Shown in pieces: positions 42,378 through 51,025 of a DNA stretch of 64,000 bases. The position numbers and the translations under genes are program-made. Where the stretch lies: positions 32,001 through 96,000 of the forward strand of contig JBMNLI010000017.1 in NCBI GenBank assembly GCA_050952645.1. The letters are read 5' to 3'. Under the pieces are notes generated by a model, which was not told where the DNA came from, made no database searches, and was given only the letters and a program-made list of their open reading frames with translations. Numbering within the stretch: the stretch's first letter is position 1; every line of letters begins with the position of its first letter. Origin of the DNA: Bdellovibrionota bacterium (GTDB taxonomy: Bacteria > Bdellovibrionota_C > UBA2361 > CAKMMH01).

Positions 42378-42611
42378 CTAGACGAAAACACGCACCGCTT
42401 GTTCACTTGCTGCGAGCAAAGCGGCAATCTGAGGATCATCTAAATTATGCCCATGCTTGCCTGGAACCAGAGAACTAAGCGAAACCTCCAATCGGTTAGG
42501 CGGCTCGTCGCAAGGACTGGAAAGCACTTCCAAAATTTTCAAACTATTTTCGTTGCCTTCCAATAATTTTGCCAATTCTGCAGGCGGCAGCTTGTCAACG
42601 TTTGTATCCAT
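42378..42611 (-). CDS. Orphan acidic micro-protein (77 aa)
   Basis: AGGAG RBS 7 nt before ATG 42611 (MDTNVDKLPP...); locally GC-rich. Confidence 0.55.
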   Translation of the reverse strand: MDTNVDKLPPAELAKLLEGNENSLKILEVLSSPCDEPPNRLEVSLSSLVPGKHGHNLDDPQIAALLAASEQAVRVFV

Positions 42612-42710
42612 ATCGATACTCCTGTCTAATGGGGGGGGGAATTCTTTTGCAAGGCACTTTAGGCACCTTGTAATATTGTTAACTATAGAAAAACTCAAAA
42701 TACAAAATGA

Positions 42711-42790
42711 GTTCTTCCACAATAAACTTGATAGATTAAAACTTGATAGATTAAAAATAGCGATATCTTACAAGCTTATTGTGGAAGAAC
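42711..42790 (-). other. 5' leader hairpin, copy C
   Basis: GTTCTTCCACAATAAACTTG / CAAGCTTATTGTGGAAGAAC; the only mismatch is G-U on the minus strand. Confidence 0.7.
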
Positions 42791-43290
42791 CCTAAATTTT
42801 AAGTTTTTAGTATTAACAAAAGCTTCCCCTCTTTTAAGAACTTTGTCTAAAATAACGACACCCTAAAGACGATATAAGCATGCGAAAGTTTTAAAGTTAA
42901 ACTAAAATCAAACCTTAAAGTAAACCTTTAAAAAGTTTTATCTTCTACTTAAGTATATAATCTTGTAAAGAATTAAATATACTTCAGTTTTTTTATTTAA
43001 AAAAGAGAAAAACTTCTAACATCTTTAAATTAAACTTAAACTTTCCCTTCTTTTACGTATAAAATTTAATTTTAACTTTATAACCTACCCAAAATAATTT
43101 AAAAAAGCTAAGAAACACTCACATAAATTATCAAAAATAGCATACGTAAATACGTATGCACAAAGAAACAACAAATAACAAGTCTTTAAGCTCAAGTTTT
43201 AGCTCTTAAAAACATAGTATACGTAAAACAAGGGAAAATTTAGGTAAAAAAATAGAAAAAGAAAAGAAAAGATTAAAGAAAAGAAATAAG

Positions 43291-43374
43291 AAAAAAATGG
43301 GAAAGAAGATAAGGCAAGGGAGATAACAATATCTCTAAATAAAAAACCTTCTCTTTGCTCTTCCCCATTTTTTT
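43291..43374 (-). terminator. Terminator-like hairpin with U tract
   Basis: AAAAAAATGGGAAAGA / TCTTCCCCATTTTTTT; the mismatch is G-U on the minus strand. Confidence 0.6.
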
Positions 43375-43413
43375 ATTTTGACACCCTCTACCTTAAGTGA
43401 TGACTCTTAAGAG

Positions 43414-43542
43414 TTATTCGTCGTCGTCGTCGTCTTTGTCGCCATAAAAATCAGATCTCCAATCTTCTACGCTAGGGTATTTGTCATCAGACACATCGAC
43501 GCCATATAAAGTTGATGGGGGACATAAAGTTGATTTGCTCGT
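43414..43542 (-). CDS. Orphan highly acidic peptide (42 aa; ACG at the expected start position)
   Basis: AGGAG-7nt-ACG AGC AAA...; product SKSTLCPPSTLYGVDVSDDKYPSVEDWRSDFYGDKDDDDDE; alternative TTG at 43596 has no clear RBS. Confidence 0.45.
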   Translation of the reverse strand, partial: TSKSTLCPPSTLYGVDVSDDKYPSVEDWRSDFYGDKDDDDDE

Positions 43543-43639
43543 TAGATTTCTCCTAATGTCGTTGTTGTTGTTTTTTAAGCCACTAACAAATAACAAAAGT
43601 TAGCTACGATAAATGTTCTTTTCTAGCTAGGCTAGAGTT

Positions 43640-43697
43640 AAAAGAAACATTCTTAGTAAACTCTAATATTTTAAAGCTTACTTAGAATGCTTCTTTT
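43640..43697 (-). other. 5' leader hairpin, copy B
   Basis: AAAAGAAACATTCTTAGTAAACT / AGCTTACTTAGAATGCTTCTTTT; A-C mismatches read as G-U on the minus strand. Confidence 0.7.
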
Positions 43698-43972
43698 TTT
43701 ATTAAAAACATATAGTTTAAAAAATGCAAACTTTTAAAAGGAAAAACACTAGAAATAAAAGTAATGAAGCTATGAGCAAAGTAAATTTTAAAAAAAATTT
43801 TTACTCAAATGTTTTTTTTAAGGAAACTATATTTTTCGTAGGCTATAAAATCGTAAAATAAAATTTAAGCAATCTTAAAAACATAAATATCAAAAATGAT
43901 AATCAAAGACGATTAAAAAAGACGATTAAGGACGATTAAGTAAGAGAAATATTAAATAGAAAAAATATATTT

Positions 43973-44043
43973 AAAAAAACGGGAGAAGCACTAAGCATTT
44001 TTGCACGAGTGGCATATAACCTTTTTACTTCTCCCATTTTTTT
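43973..44043 (-). terminator. Terminator-like hairpin with U tract
   Basis: AAAAAAACGGGAGAAG / CTTCTCCCATTTTTTT; similar to the 43291-43374 hairpin. Confidence 0.62.
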
Positions 44044-44107
44044 TTATTCTTCTAGAGCAACTTTATTTAATTCATTATTTACCTGTCTTGCCACAGAACT
44101 ATAAAAC

Positions 44108-44518
44108 TCACAATCTCCCGTTCGTGCTCCTGTTCGTGTCAAAATGGTATAACGCATCCGCCAGCTTCGCAAGTCTCCTCAAGAACAACGGATTGCCGTA
44201 GGCGACAAGGGAAACTTTGCCAGCATCACCTTCTGCAGCTTGAATAGATGCACCTGCATCACTGCCGTTTTTAGAAATTTCGCCTGCTTTGGTTTCAGAA
44301 ACGTTACTAAGCAAATCTGAATCAGGGAATTCTTCAGGGAATTGTTTAGGGAATTCTTCAGGGGGTTCATTAGTGTTTTCATTAGAACCCACATTTGGCT
44401 CGTTTGCAACATTTGGAACGCTAGTAGTATAGTCGCTAATTGAAACACTCTCGCTACTACGCATACTGTCGAAATGTTTAGCAAAGAAAGCGAAGATTTT
44501 ACTAATTAGCTTTTTCAT
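44108..44518 (-). CDS. Orphan acidic, largely low-complexity protein (136 aa)
   Basis: AAGGAG RBS before ATG; amphipathic N-terminus MKKLISKIFAFFAKHF; PEEF repeats. Confidence 0.68.
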   Translation of the reverse strand: MKKLISKIFAFFAKHFDSMRSSESVSISDYTTSVPNVANEPNVGSNENTNEPPEEFPKQFPEEFPDSDLLSNVSETKAGEISKNGSDAGASIQAAEGDAGKVSLVAYGNPLFLRRLAKLADALYHFDTNRSTNGRL

Positions 44519-44582
44519 GAAATTCTCCTTTTGTTCTAGGAATTCTTTTTTAAATTTTCATACAAATTATTGAATTTGTATA

Positions 44583-44643
44583 AAAGGAAACATCTTAAAA
44601 TAAACTTTATGCATTTAAAAGCTTATTTTAAGATGCTTCCTTT
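44583..44643 (-). other. 5' leader hairpin, copy A
   Basis: AAAGGAAACATCTTAAAATAAACTTT / AAAGCTTATTTTAAGATGCTTCCTTT; both mismatches are G-U on the minus strand. Confidence 0.72.
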
Positions 44644-45083
44644 CGTTAGTTTTTCATAAAAATACAAGACTTTGAAAATGCAAACTTAAAAAAAAATTAG
44701 CAAGAATATCTAAGAAAAATCTGCGTCTTAATTTTAAGGAATAAAAAATTTAGGAAATTTAAGTAAAAAAAAATTACCTTAACCTAATTTATTAAGCCTA
44801 GTCTTCTACCCTGATACAAATTAGAGTGAAAAAGGAGAAATTAAACGACTCTCCCCTCTTCAAACTAATTTATATATCTGTAATTAAACGAATAATGCTT
44901 CAATAACTTTATTAAAAAATCTTTAACTTACTCTAAATTAAAGCTTTCACAAATATAAATTACTTTTAATATAGCTATGAACGTAAAAAAAAATCTTTCA
45001 CTAGTTCTTCGCTAAAGTCAATTTTCTTTTAAGCGAACTAAAAAAATTTCTTACCGCCTTAAAACGCCCAAAAGATAAACTCT

Positions 45084-46331
45084 TTAATCCTCATTAAGCC
45101 AAGACATTCTTTCCTTTATCACTTTCTCATACCCCCTACTAGATGGCTTATAAAACTCTTCTCCCTTTAATCTCTCTGGTAAATATTGCTCGTTTGGCAC
45201 GTAAGCTTTCGGGAAATCATGCGGATATTTATAGTCTTTCGCATACCCTAAATCTTGCATAAGCTTCGTTGGAGCATTTATCAAATGAAGTGGCACCTTT
45301 TCATTTGGATATTTCTTAACCATCTCTAATGCCCGCCCCATCGCTAAATAACTCCTATTAGATTTAGGAGCAGTAGCTAAATAAGTAATACATTGAGAAA
45401 TAGGAATACGCCCTTCTGGCATACCAACCTTTTCAAACGCATGAAGCACTGAAACCGCTAACTCTAACGCCCTAGGGTCTGCATTGCCGATATCCTCCGA
45501 TGCAAAAAGTATCATACGCCTAATTAAAAACCTAGGGTCTTCACCAGATTCTAAAATTCTAAATCCCCAATATAACCCCCCCGATGGCGAAGAACCTCTT
45601 AGACTTTTTATAAACGCAGAAATTAAATTATAATGCTCATCGCCCTGCTTATCATAAATAAAAGATATCGCATTCTTTAAAAACCTTTTTACATCTTCTA
45701 AAGAAGAACCCTTAGTTTTACTAAAAGCTTCTACTAAATTTAAAAGCTTTCTAGCATCCCCTAACGATGCATCTGCAAATAGACTTTTAGCTTCATCGCA
45801 AAGCTTAATTCCTAAATAATTTAAAGCATTATCTAAAACCTCAATCAAACTCGCCTTAGATAGACTTTCAAGCTTTAATACCCTTACCCTAGAAAGCAAA
45901 GCAGAGTTAACTGAAAATGATGGATTCTCAGTAGTAGCCCCTATTAAAATTATAGTCCCATCTTCTACATGCGGTAAAAGTGCATCTTGCTGAGCCTTGT
46001 TAAACCTGTGTATCTCATCTATAAAAAGCACAGTCGTGCCATTGTAGCTTTTAGCCCTGTCTACTATCTCCCTAATATCCTTTACCCCACCTAATACCGC
46101 AGAAAATGAGACGAAAGAGCAATTAAAAGTACTCCCTATAAGACGGGCAAGAGTAGTTTTCCCACACCCTGGAGGTCCCCATAAAATAAGAGACGGAAGC
46201 ACCCCTTGCCCTTTCTTTAACATTTCTAAAAATAAAGGATCGATACTCTCTAACCCCTTTATATTCTCCCACGCATTCGGACGTAAAATATCGGCTAACG
46301 GCCTAGTTTTATTATTTAAAAAATTTGACAT
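45084..46331 (-). CDS. rarA: Replication-associated recombination protein A (MgsA/RarA)
   Basis: PLADILRP, WGPPGCGKTT, FIDEIHRFNKAQQD, GATTENPSF, ISAFIKSLRGS, ASEDIGNADP. Confidence 0.96.
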   Translation of the reverse strand: MSNFLNNKTRPLADILRPNAWENIKGLESIDPLFLEMLKKGQGVLPSLILWGPPGCGKTTLARLIGSTFNCSFVSFSAVLGGVKDIREIVDRAKSYNGTTVLFIDEIHRFNKAQQDALLPHVEDGTIILIGATTENPSFSVNSALLSRVRVLKLESLSKASLIEVLDNALNYLGIKLCDEAKSLFADASLGDARKLLNLVEAFSKTKGSSLEDVKRFLKNAISFIYDKQGDEHYNLISAFIKSLRGSSPSGGLYWGFRILESGEDPRFLIRRMILFASEDIGNADPRALELAVSVLHAFEKVGMPEGRIPISQCITYLATAPKSNRSYLAMGRALEMVKKYPNEKVPLHLINAPTKLMQDLGYAKDYKYPHDFPKAYVPNEQYLPERLKGEEFYKPSSRGYEKVIKERMSWLNED

Positions 46332-46679
46332 ATTTTATTCACCTTTCTTTACTAGTCTCTTCTTTACTAGTTATTTCTTTACTAGTTTTTTTCACTAGTT
46401 TTTTCCCTACTTAACTTTTTAAAAAAATTATTTTTCTTTACAAGTTTTTTCCTTACTAGCTTCTTCTTTACTAATTTCTTAACTTTTACATTTATTTCTT
46501 TTACATTCTTTTTTACTCGTCTCTTATTTATTCGCTAATTACTCGCTAATTAAATTTTAGCTTTTTACATTTCTAATAAAACCTAATAACACATGCTAAT
46601 AACACTTAAGTAGAAAACCTAAAAAGAAAATTTTTTTAACCCCCTAGAAAATAGACTTAAAGAACAAAAGCTTTCTCTC

Positions 46680-48125
46680 TTAACTTCCTAAAAAAACATA
46701 CGAAAACAAAAATCCTTTTCTAAACTGCTCTATACTAAAAGACTCATTGTCTGCATGAATATTATCCTCATCTAACCCAAACCCTACGAGAATTGGTGCA
46801 TTTTTAACGTATTTAGCAAACTTTGCAATAATAGGAATAGAACCCCCCTCATACCAATACTTAACATCTTCACATAAAACATTTAAAACCTCTAAGGCTT
46901 TTTGTATTCCATCACTCTTAGTAGACATCACAAATGAAGACGCCCCACTGCCCTCTCCAATAATTTCTAGTTTTAATCCCGATTTATTATGCTTTTCAAG
47001 ATGTTCTTTTACCTTTAAAAATACGTCTCTAGGGTCTTGCTCCCCTACTAGCCTACAAGATATTTTAGCCTTTGCAAATGGGGGTATCGAGTTCGTAATA
47101 TCCTTTTCATTGCTAGCGCCAGCCTGTAAATATAGTATATCGAGCGTCGGTCTAAGCCCCGAGCGAACATTAGCGTTCGTTATATAAGTCTCGCCCCCTG
47201 TCGGATATACTCCCGTAATTTCAAAACACTTCTTGTTATCAAACTTAGAAATTTTATCGTAAGGAATGTCTTTTAAGTCTAATACTCCATCATAAAAACC
47301 ATCTACCGCCACACGCCCGTCTTCTAAGTGTAAAGTCCCTATAAGTCTGCATAACTCCACTGCAGGATTTTTTAAAACTCCGCCAAAAGTTCCAGAATGG
47401 AAGCCAGAGTTAGCACCCATTAGCTTTACGTCCATAGACATTATTCCTCGAAGCCCTACTACTATGCCACCAATTTTTTCACTCACTGCTCCAGTATCGC
47501 AAGCTAATAAATAATCGCTCTTTAAATCATCTTTAATGCTCTCTAAAACATTAGCAGTATTTTCGCTCCCACACTCTTCTTCACCATCTATAAAAATTTT
47601 CACATTATAATTCAATTTCCCTTCTTTAATTAAACTTTCTAATGCACAAAGAACGTAGCAAAGCTGCCCCTTGTTGTCTTGAGCTCCCCTAGCATACATT
47701 CTTCCATCGATAATTATAGGCTCAAATGGCTCCGTAAGCCAACTACTCTCTATTACAGGTTGCACATCGTAGTGGCCATAAATTAAAATCGTAGGTTTCT
47801 CTTTAGAAACTACACGCTCGCCAAACACTGAAAAATTACCTCTAGTTTCTATAAGTTTGCTTTTAAAGCCCATTTTTATAAGGTAATCGCTAAACTTATT
47901 AGCACAAGCGTCGCACTCAGCCCTATAAGAAGCATCTAAACTTATACTAGGAATTTTTAAAAAATCACTTAATACATTTAAAAAGGAATATTGATTATCC
48001 TTAAAAATTTCATCCGCTTTGCTAAAAAGTTTTTTAAGAATAATTTCATCTATTATTTTACTAGTTATATTATTTGTGGTTTTATTTATCGTCTTATTTA
48101 TCGTCTCCATATTCCCTAACTCCAT
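46680..48125 (-). CDS. M20/M25/M40 family metallopeptidase (dipeptidase-like)
   Basis: YGHYDVQP, ARGAQDNKG, GEEECGS, GGSIP, IHADNE. Confidence 0.92.
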   Translation of the reverse strand: MELGNMETINKTINKTTNNITSKIIDEIILKKLFSKADEIFKDNQYSFLNVLSDFLKIPSISLDASYRAECDACANKFSDYLIKMGFKSKLIETRGNFSVFGERVVSKEKPTILIYGHYDVQPVIESSWLTEPFEPIIIDGRMYARGAQDNKGQLCYVLCALESLIKEGKLNYNVKIFIDGEEECGSENTANVLESIKDDLKSDYLLACDTGAVSEKIGGIVVGLRGIMSMDVKLMGANSGFHSGTFGGVLKNPAVELCRLIGTLHLEDGRVAVDGFYDGVLDLKDIPYDKISKFDNKKCFEITGVYPTGGETYITNANVRSGLRPTLDILYLQAGASNEKDITNSIPPFAKAKISCRLVGEQDPRDVFLKVKEHLEKHNKSGLKLEIIGEGSGASSFVMSTKSDGIQKALEVLNVLCEDVKYWYEGGSIPIIAKFAKYVKNAPILVGFGLDEDNIHADNESFSIEQFRKGFLFSYVFLGS

Positions 48126-48268
48126 ATTTAAAAACTCGCAAAAGAAAGCAAAGCTCTATTTTTTTTATATTTTTAACATTTTATATATCTTACTTGTTGT
48201 CGAAATAAAGTTAAAGATGTAATATAATTGTATTGTATGTTTTAATAAGTTTTAGGAGCATTTAGAAG

Positions 48269-48799
48269 ATGAAAAAATTTTTGTGTATAGCATTATCATT
48301 AGTATTAAGTTTTAATTTAAGCGGTTGTTCCCTATTCGGTTCAAGTTCAGGCTCAGATGATGGCATGAACGGAAATAGAATCGACTCCATTTCAGAACAA
48401 GAGCTTAATAGTAAATTTGCAAACCGCTTTGGTGATGGCTCAGTTCCATCTGCCGAGGGGAATGATCTTTTTAGAGACTTAAGATTTGGCTACGATTCCT
48501 CTAAAATTTCAGACGCATCTAGACAAGATTTAGATTACAATATCGAAATTTTAAAAAGCAATCCAAATATTTACGTTCAACTAGAGGGACATTGCGACGA
48601 AAGAGGAACTGCTGAATATAATATGGCTTTAGGAGAAAAAAGAGCAAACTCAGTATATGAAGCATTAGTTATGTACGGCATAGCACCAAATAGATTAACT
48701 ACTATTAGCTACGGAGAAGAGGTTCCTTTAGATAATGGTCAAACTGAAGAAGCGTATGCAAAAAATAGAAGAGTTCACTTTTCTGCATATACTAAATAA
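48269..48799 (+). CDS. pal: Peptidoglycan-associated lipoprotein Pal (OmpA-like domain)
   Basis: Lipobox LSGC; FGYDSS, EGHCDERGTAEYNMALGEKRA, SYGEE.P, KNRRV. Confidence 0.93.
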   Translation: MKKFLCIALSLVLSFNLSGCSLFGSSSGSDDGMNGNRIDSISEQELNSKFANRFGDGSVPSAEGNDLFRDLRFGYDSSKISDASRQDLDYNIEILKSNPNIYVQLEGHCDERGTAEYNMALGEKRANSVYEALVMYGIAPNRLTTISYGEEVPLDNGQTEEAYAKNRRVHFSAYTK

Positions 48800-49013
48800 A
48801 AATAATTAAAATAAATAATTAAATAAATCTAAGCAGACAATAATTTTTAAAAAAATAATTTTAAAAAATTTAAATTTCTAAAACTAGAGTTTAATGAGTT
48901 GTCTGCTTTTTGATTTATAATTCATAGATTTATAATTACTAATTTATAATTAGTTATAGTTAATTATTTTGCTCGTTTGACTAAAGTTATTTTAGTGCTT
49001 ATTATCATCACTT

Positions 49014-51002
49014 ATGTTTAAAAATAAGAAAAATAAAACCAAAAATATAAAAAACATAATTATTAAAAACGAAAATATTAACGACACTAGTATCAAAACT
49101 AGATTACTAGACGAAGTAGATTACCCAAAAGACATTAAAAATTTTAGCATTCTTAAATTAACTAAATTAGCTTCAGAATTAAGAAGAGAGCTTATAGATA
49201 AAATATCTCTCTGTGGCGGACATTTCGCATCAAGCCTAGGAGCTACCGAACTTACGGTAGCCTTACACCACTTCTACGACACTCCACACGATAAACTTAT
49301 TTGGGATGTAGGTCATCAAGGTTATATCCATAAACTACTTACAGGAAGAAAAAATGATATCGGAAACATAAGAAAAAAAGGACATATTAGTGGCTTTTTA
49401 AAACGAGAAGAAAGCCCGTTCGATACCTTTGCTAGCGGACACGCTGGAAATAGCATTTCAGCTGGAGTTGGAATAGCCGAAGCATTTAAAAAAAATAATA
49501 ACCCACATACCGTTATTTCTATAATCGGCGATGCTTCGATTTCTTCTGGAATGTCATTCGAGGCGTTAAATAACGCTGGGGCATTGAAACTAGATAATTT
49601 TATCGTAATATTAAACGATAACGAAATGTCTATCTCAGAAAATGTTGGCGCTATAAAATGGATACTTAACAAAGGAAGCGTATCTAATATCCCTACAAAG
49701 TTAAGAACGAGAATAAAAAGATTACACACTAAAGGCATACTACCAACGTTTATTTATAAAATTTTTGCTAGATTAGAACTCGCCTTTAAAGGCATTATCT
49801 CCACACCTGCTATGCTTTTTGAAAGCTTTGGATTTAGATATATAGGTCCTGTAGATGGACATAATATAGAAAAACTTCTTAACGCTTTTACGATGGCAAA
49901 AAATCAAGACTCACCAGTTCTCCTCCACGTAAAAACCATAAAAGGTAAAGGCTTTAAAGAGGCAGAAGAAAACCCTACCGCTTGGCATGCTTGCAATCCA
50001 TTTTACCCAGCAAATGGAAAGGCTAGAAATATAAAGGATAAACTTACGCCAACGTATACAGAGGTTTTTGCTCATACCGTAAAAAATCTTATAAAAAATG
50101 ACAAAAATATTATCGCCATAACCGCCGCAATGCTAACTGGAACGGGGCTAAATAACGTTAAAAATAAATACCCAGAGAACGTATACGATGTCGGTATTGC
50201 AGAAGAACACGCAGTAACTTTTGCAGGAGGTCTCGCAACTGAAGGAAAAAAACCCATTGTAGCCATCTACTCAACATTTATGCAACGTGCATTCGACCAA
50301 ATTTTACACGACATAGCACTCCAAAATTTACCAGTAGTATTTGCACTAGATAGAGCTGGCGTAGTAGGAGCAGATGGAGAAACTCACCAGGGAGCATTCG
50401 ATGTTTCATACTTAAGATTTATTCCTAATATGGTTTTAATAGCTCCAAAAGACGGAAATGAGCTTCAAGATATGGTATATTCCGCTACTAAGTATAATAA
50501 ACCCGTGGCTATAAGGTATAAGCGAGGAGAAGCAGAAAATACAAAATTAAGCGAAAACTTTAACAATATTCCTTTAGGCAAGGCTGAAATTTTACAGAGA
50601 GGAGAAAAAGTTCTAATCATTTTTTATGGTCAAGTTTATGATTTAGTAAAAGCAGCAAGCTTGCGTCTATACAATGAAACTAACGTATATCCTACCATTG
50701 TAAATGCAAGGTTTGCTAAACCACTAGATGAAAAGTTGCTAATTAGCGAAATGAAAAAACACGATATAATATGCACAGTAGAAGATCAAAGCTTAATAGG
50801 AGGCTTTGGAAGCGCCGTAGTGGAGCTAGCATCTGATAATAATTTAAATATCTCTATAAAAAGGTTCGGGATTAAAGATCTGTTCGTTCCTCACGGAACT
50901 CAAAAAGAACAATACGATTTTTGCGGATTTTCCGAAGATCATATATACAATTACTTACAAAGCAAGGTAAGAAACTTTGTTTTATATAAGAAAGCTAATT
51001 AA
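49014..51002 (+). CDS. dxs: 1-deoxy-D-xylulose-5-phosphate synthase
   Basis: GGHFASSLG, WDVGHQ, GHAGNSIS, GD...FEALN, LNDNEMSI, DVGIAEEHAV, DGETHQG. Confidence 0.97.
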   Translation: MFKNKKNKTKNIKNIIIKNENINDTSIKTRLLDEVDYPKDIKNFSILKLTKLASELRRELIDKISLCGGHFASSLGATELTVALHHFYDTPHDKLIWDVGHQGYIHKLLTGRKNDIGNIRKKGHISGFLKREESPFDTFASGHAGNSISAGVGIAEAFKKNNNPHTVISIIGDASISSGMSFEALNNAGALKLDNFIVILNDNEMSISENVGAIKWILNKGSVSNIPTKLRTRIKRLHTKGILPTFIYKIFARLELAFKGIISTPAMLFESFGFRYIGPVDGHNIEKLLNAFTMAKNQDSPVLLHVKTIKGKGFKEAEENPTAWHACNPFYPANGKARNIKDKLTPTYTEVFAHTVKNLIKNDKNIIAITAAMLTGTGLNNVKNKYPENVYDVGIAEEHAVTFAGGLATEGKKPIVAIYSTFMQRAFDQILHDIALQNLPVVFALDRAGVVGADGETHQGAFDVSYLRFIPNMVLIAPKDGNELQDMVYSATKYNKPVAIRYKRGEAENTKLSENFNNIPLGKAEILQRGEKVLIIFYGQVYDLVKAASLRLYNETNVYPTIVNARFAKPLDEKLLISEMKKHDIICTVEDQSLIGGFGSAVVELASDNNLNISIKRFGIKDLFVPHGTQKEQYDFCGFSEDHIYNYLQSKVRNFVLYKKAN

Positions 51003-51025
51003 CATTAGCGTACACAAAGAAATAA

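Larger units (their letters stand above)
42228..42946 (-). repeat. Perfect 14-bp inverted repeat pair bounding a single-gene cassette
   Basis: AGAAGATAAAACTT at 42228-42241 and AAGTTTTATCTTCT at 42933-42946. Confidence 0.7.

Noticed and set aside
42457..42795. Plus-strand ORFs 42296-42478 and 42457-42795
   Set aside because: Antisense to the RBS-supported minus-strand ORF; hairpin G-U polarity favours minus-strand transcription.
42378..44518. Type I toxin-antitoxin loci
   Set aside because: The RNA architecture is reminiscent, but the peptides are acidic and hydrophilic, not short TM toxins, and I could not support an antisense RNA.
42228..44818. Integron cassette array (attC sites)
   Set aside because: Hairpins lack RYYYAAC...GTTRRRY ends, the shared ones lie upstream of the ORFs, and no integron integrase is in the window.
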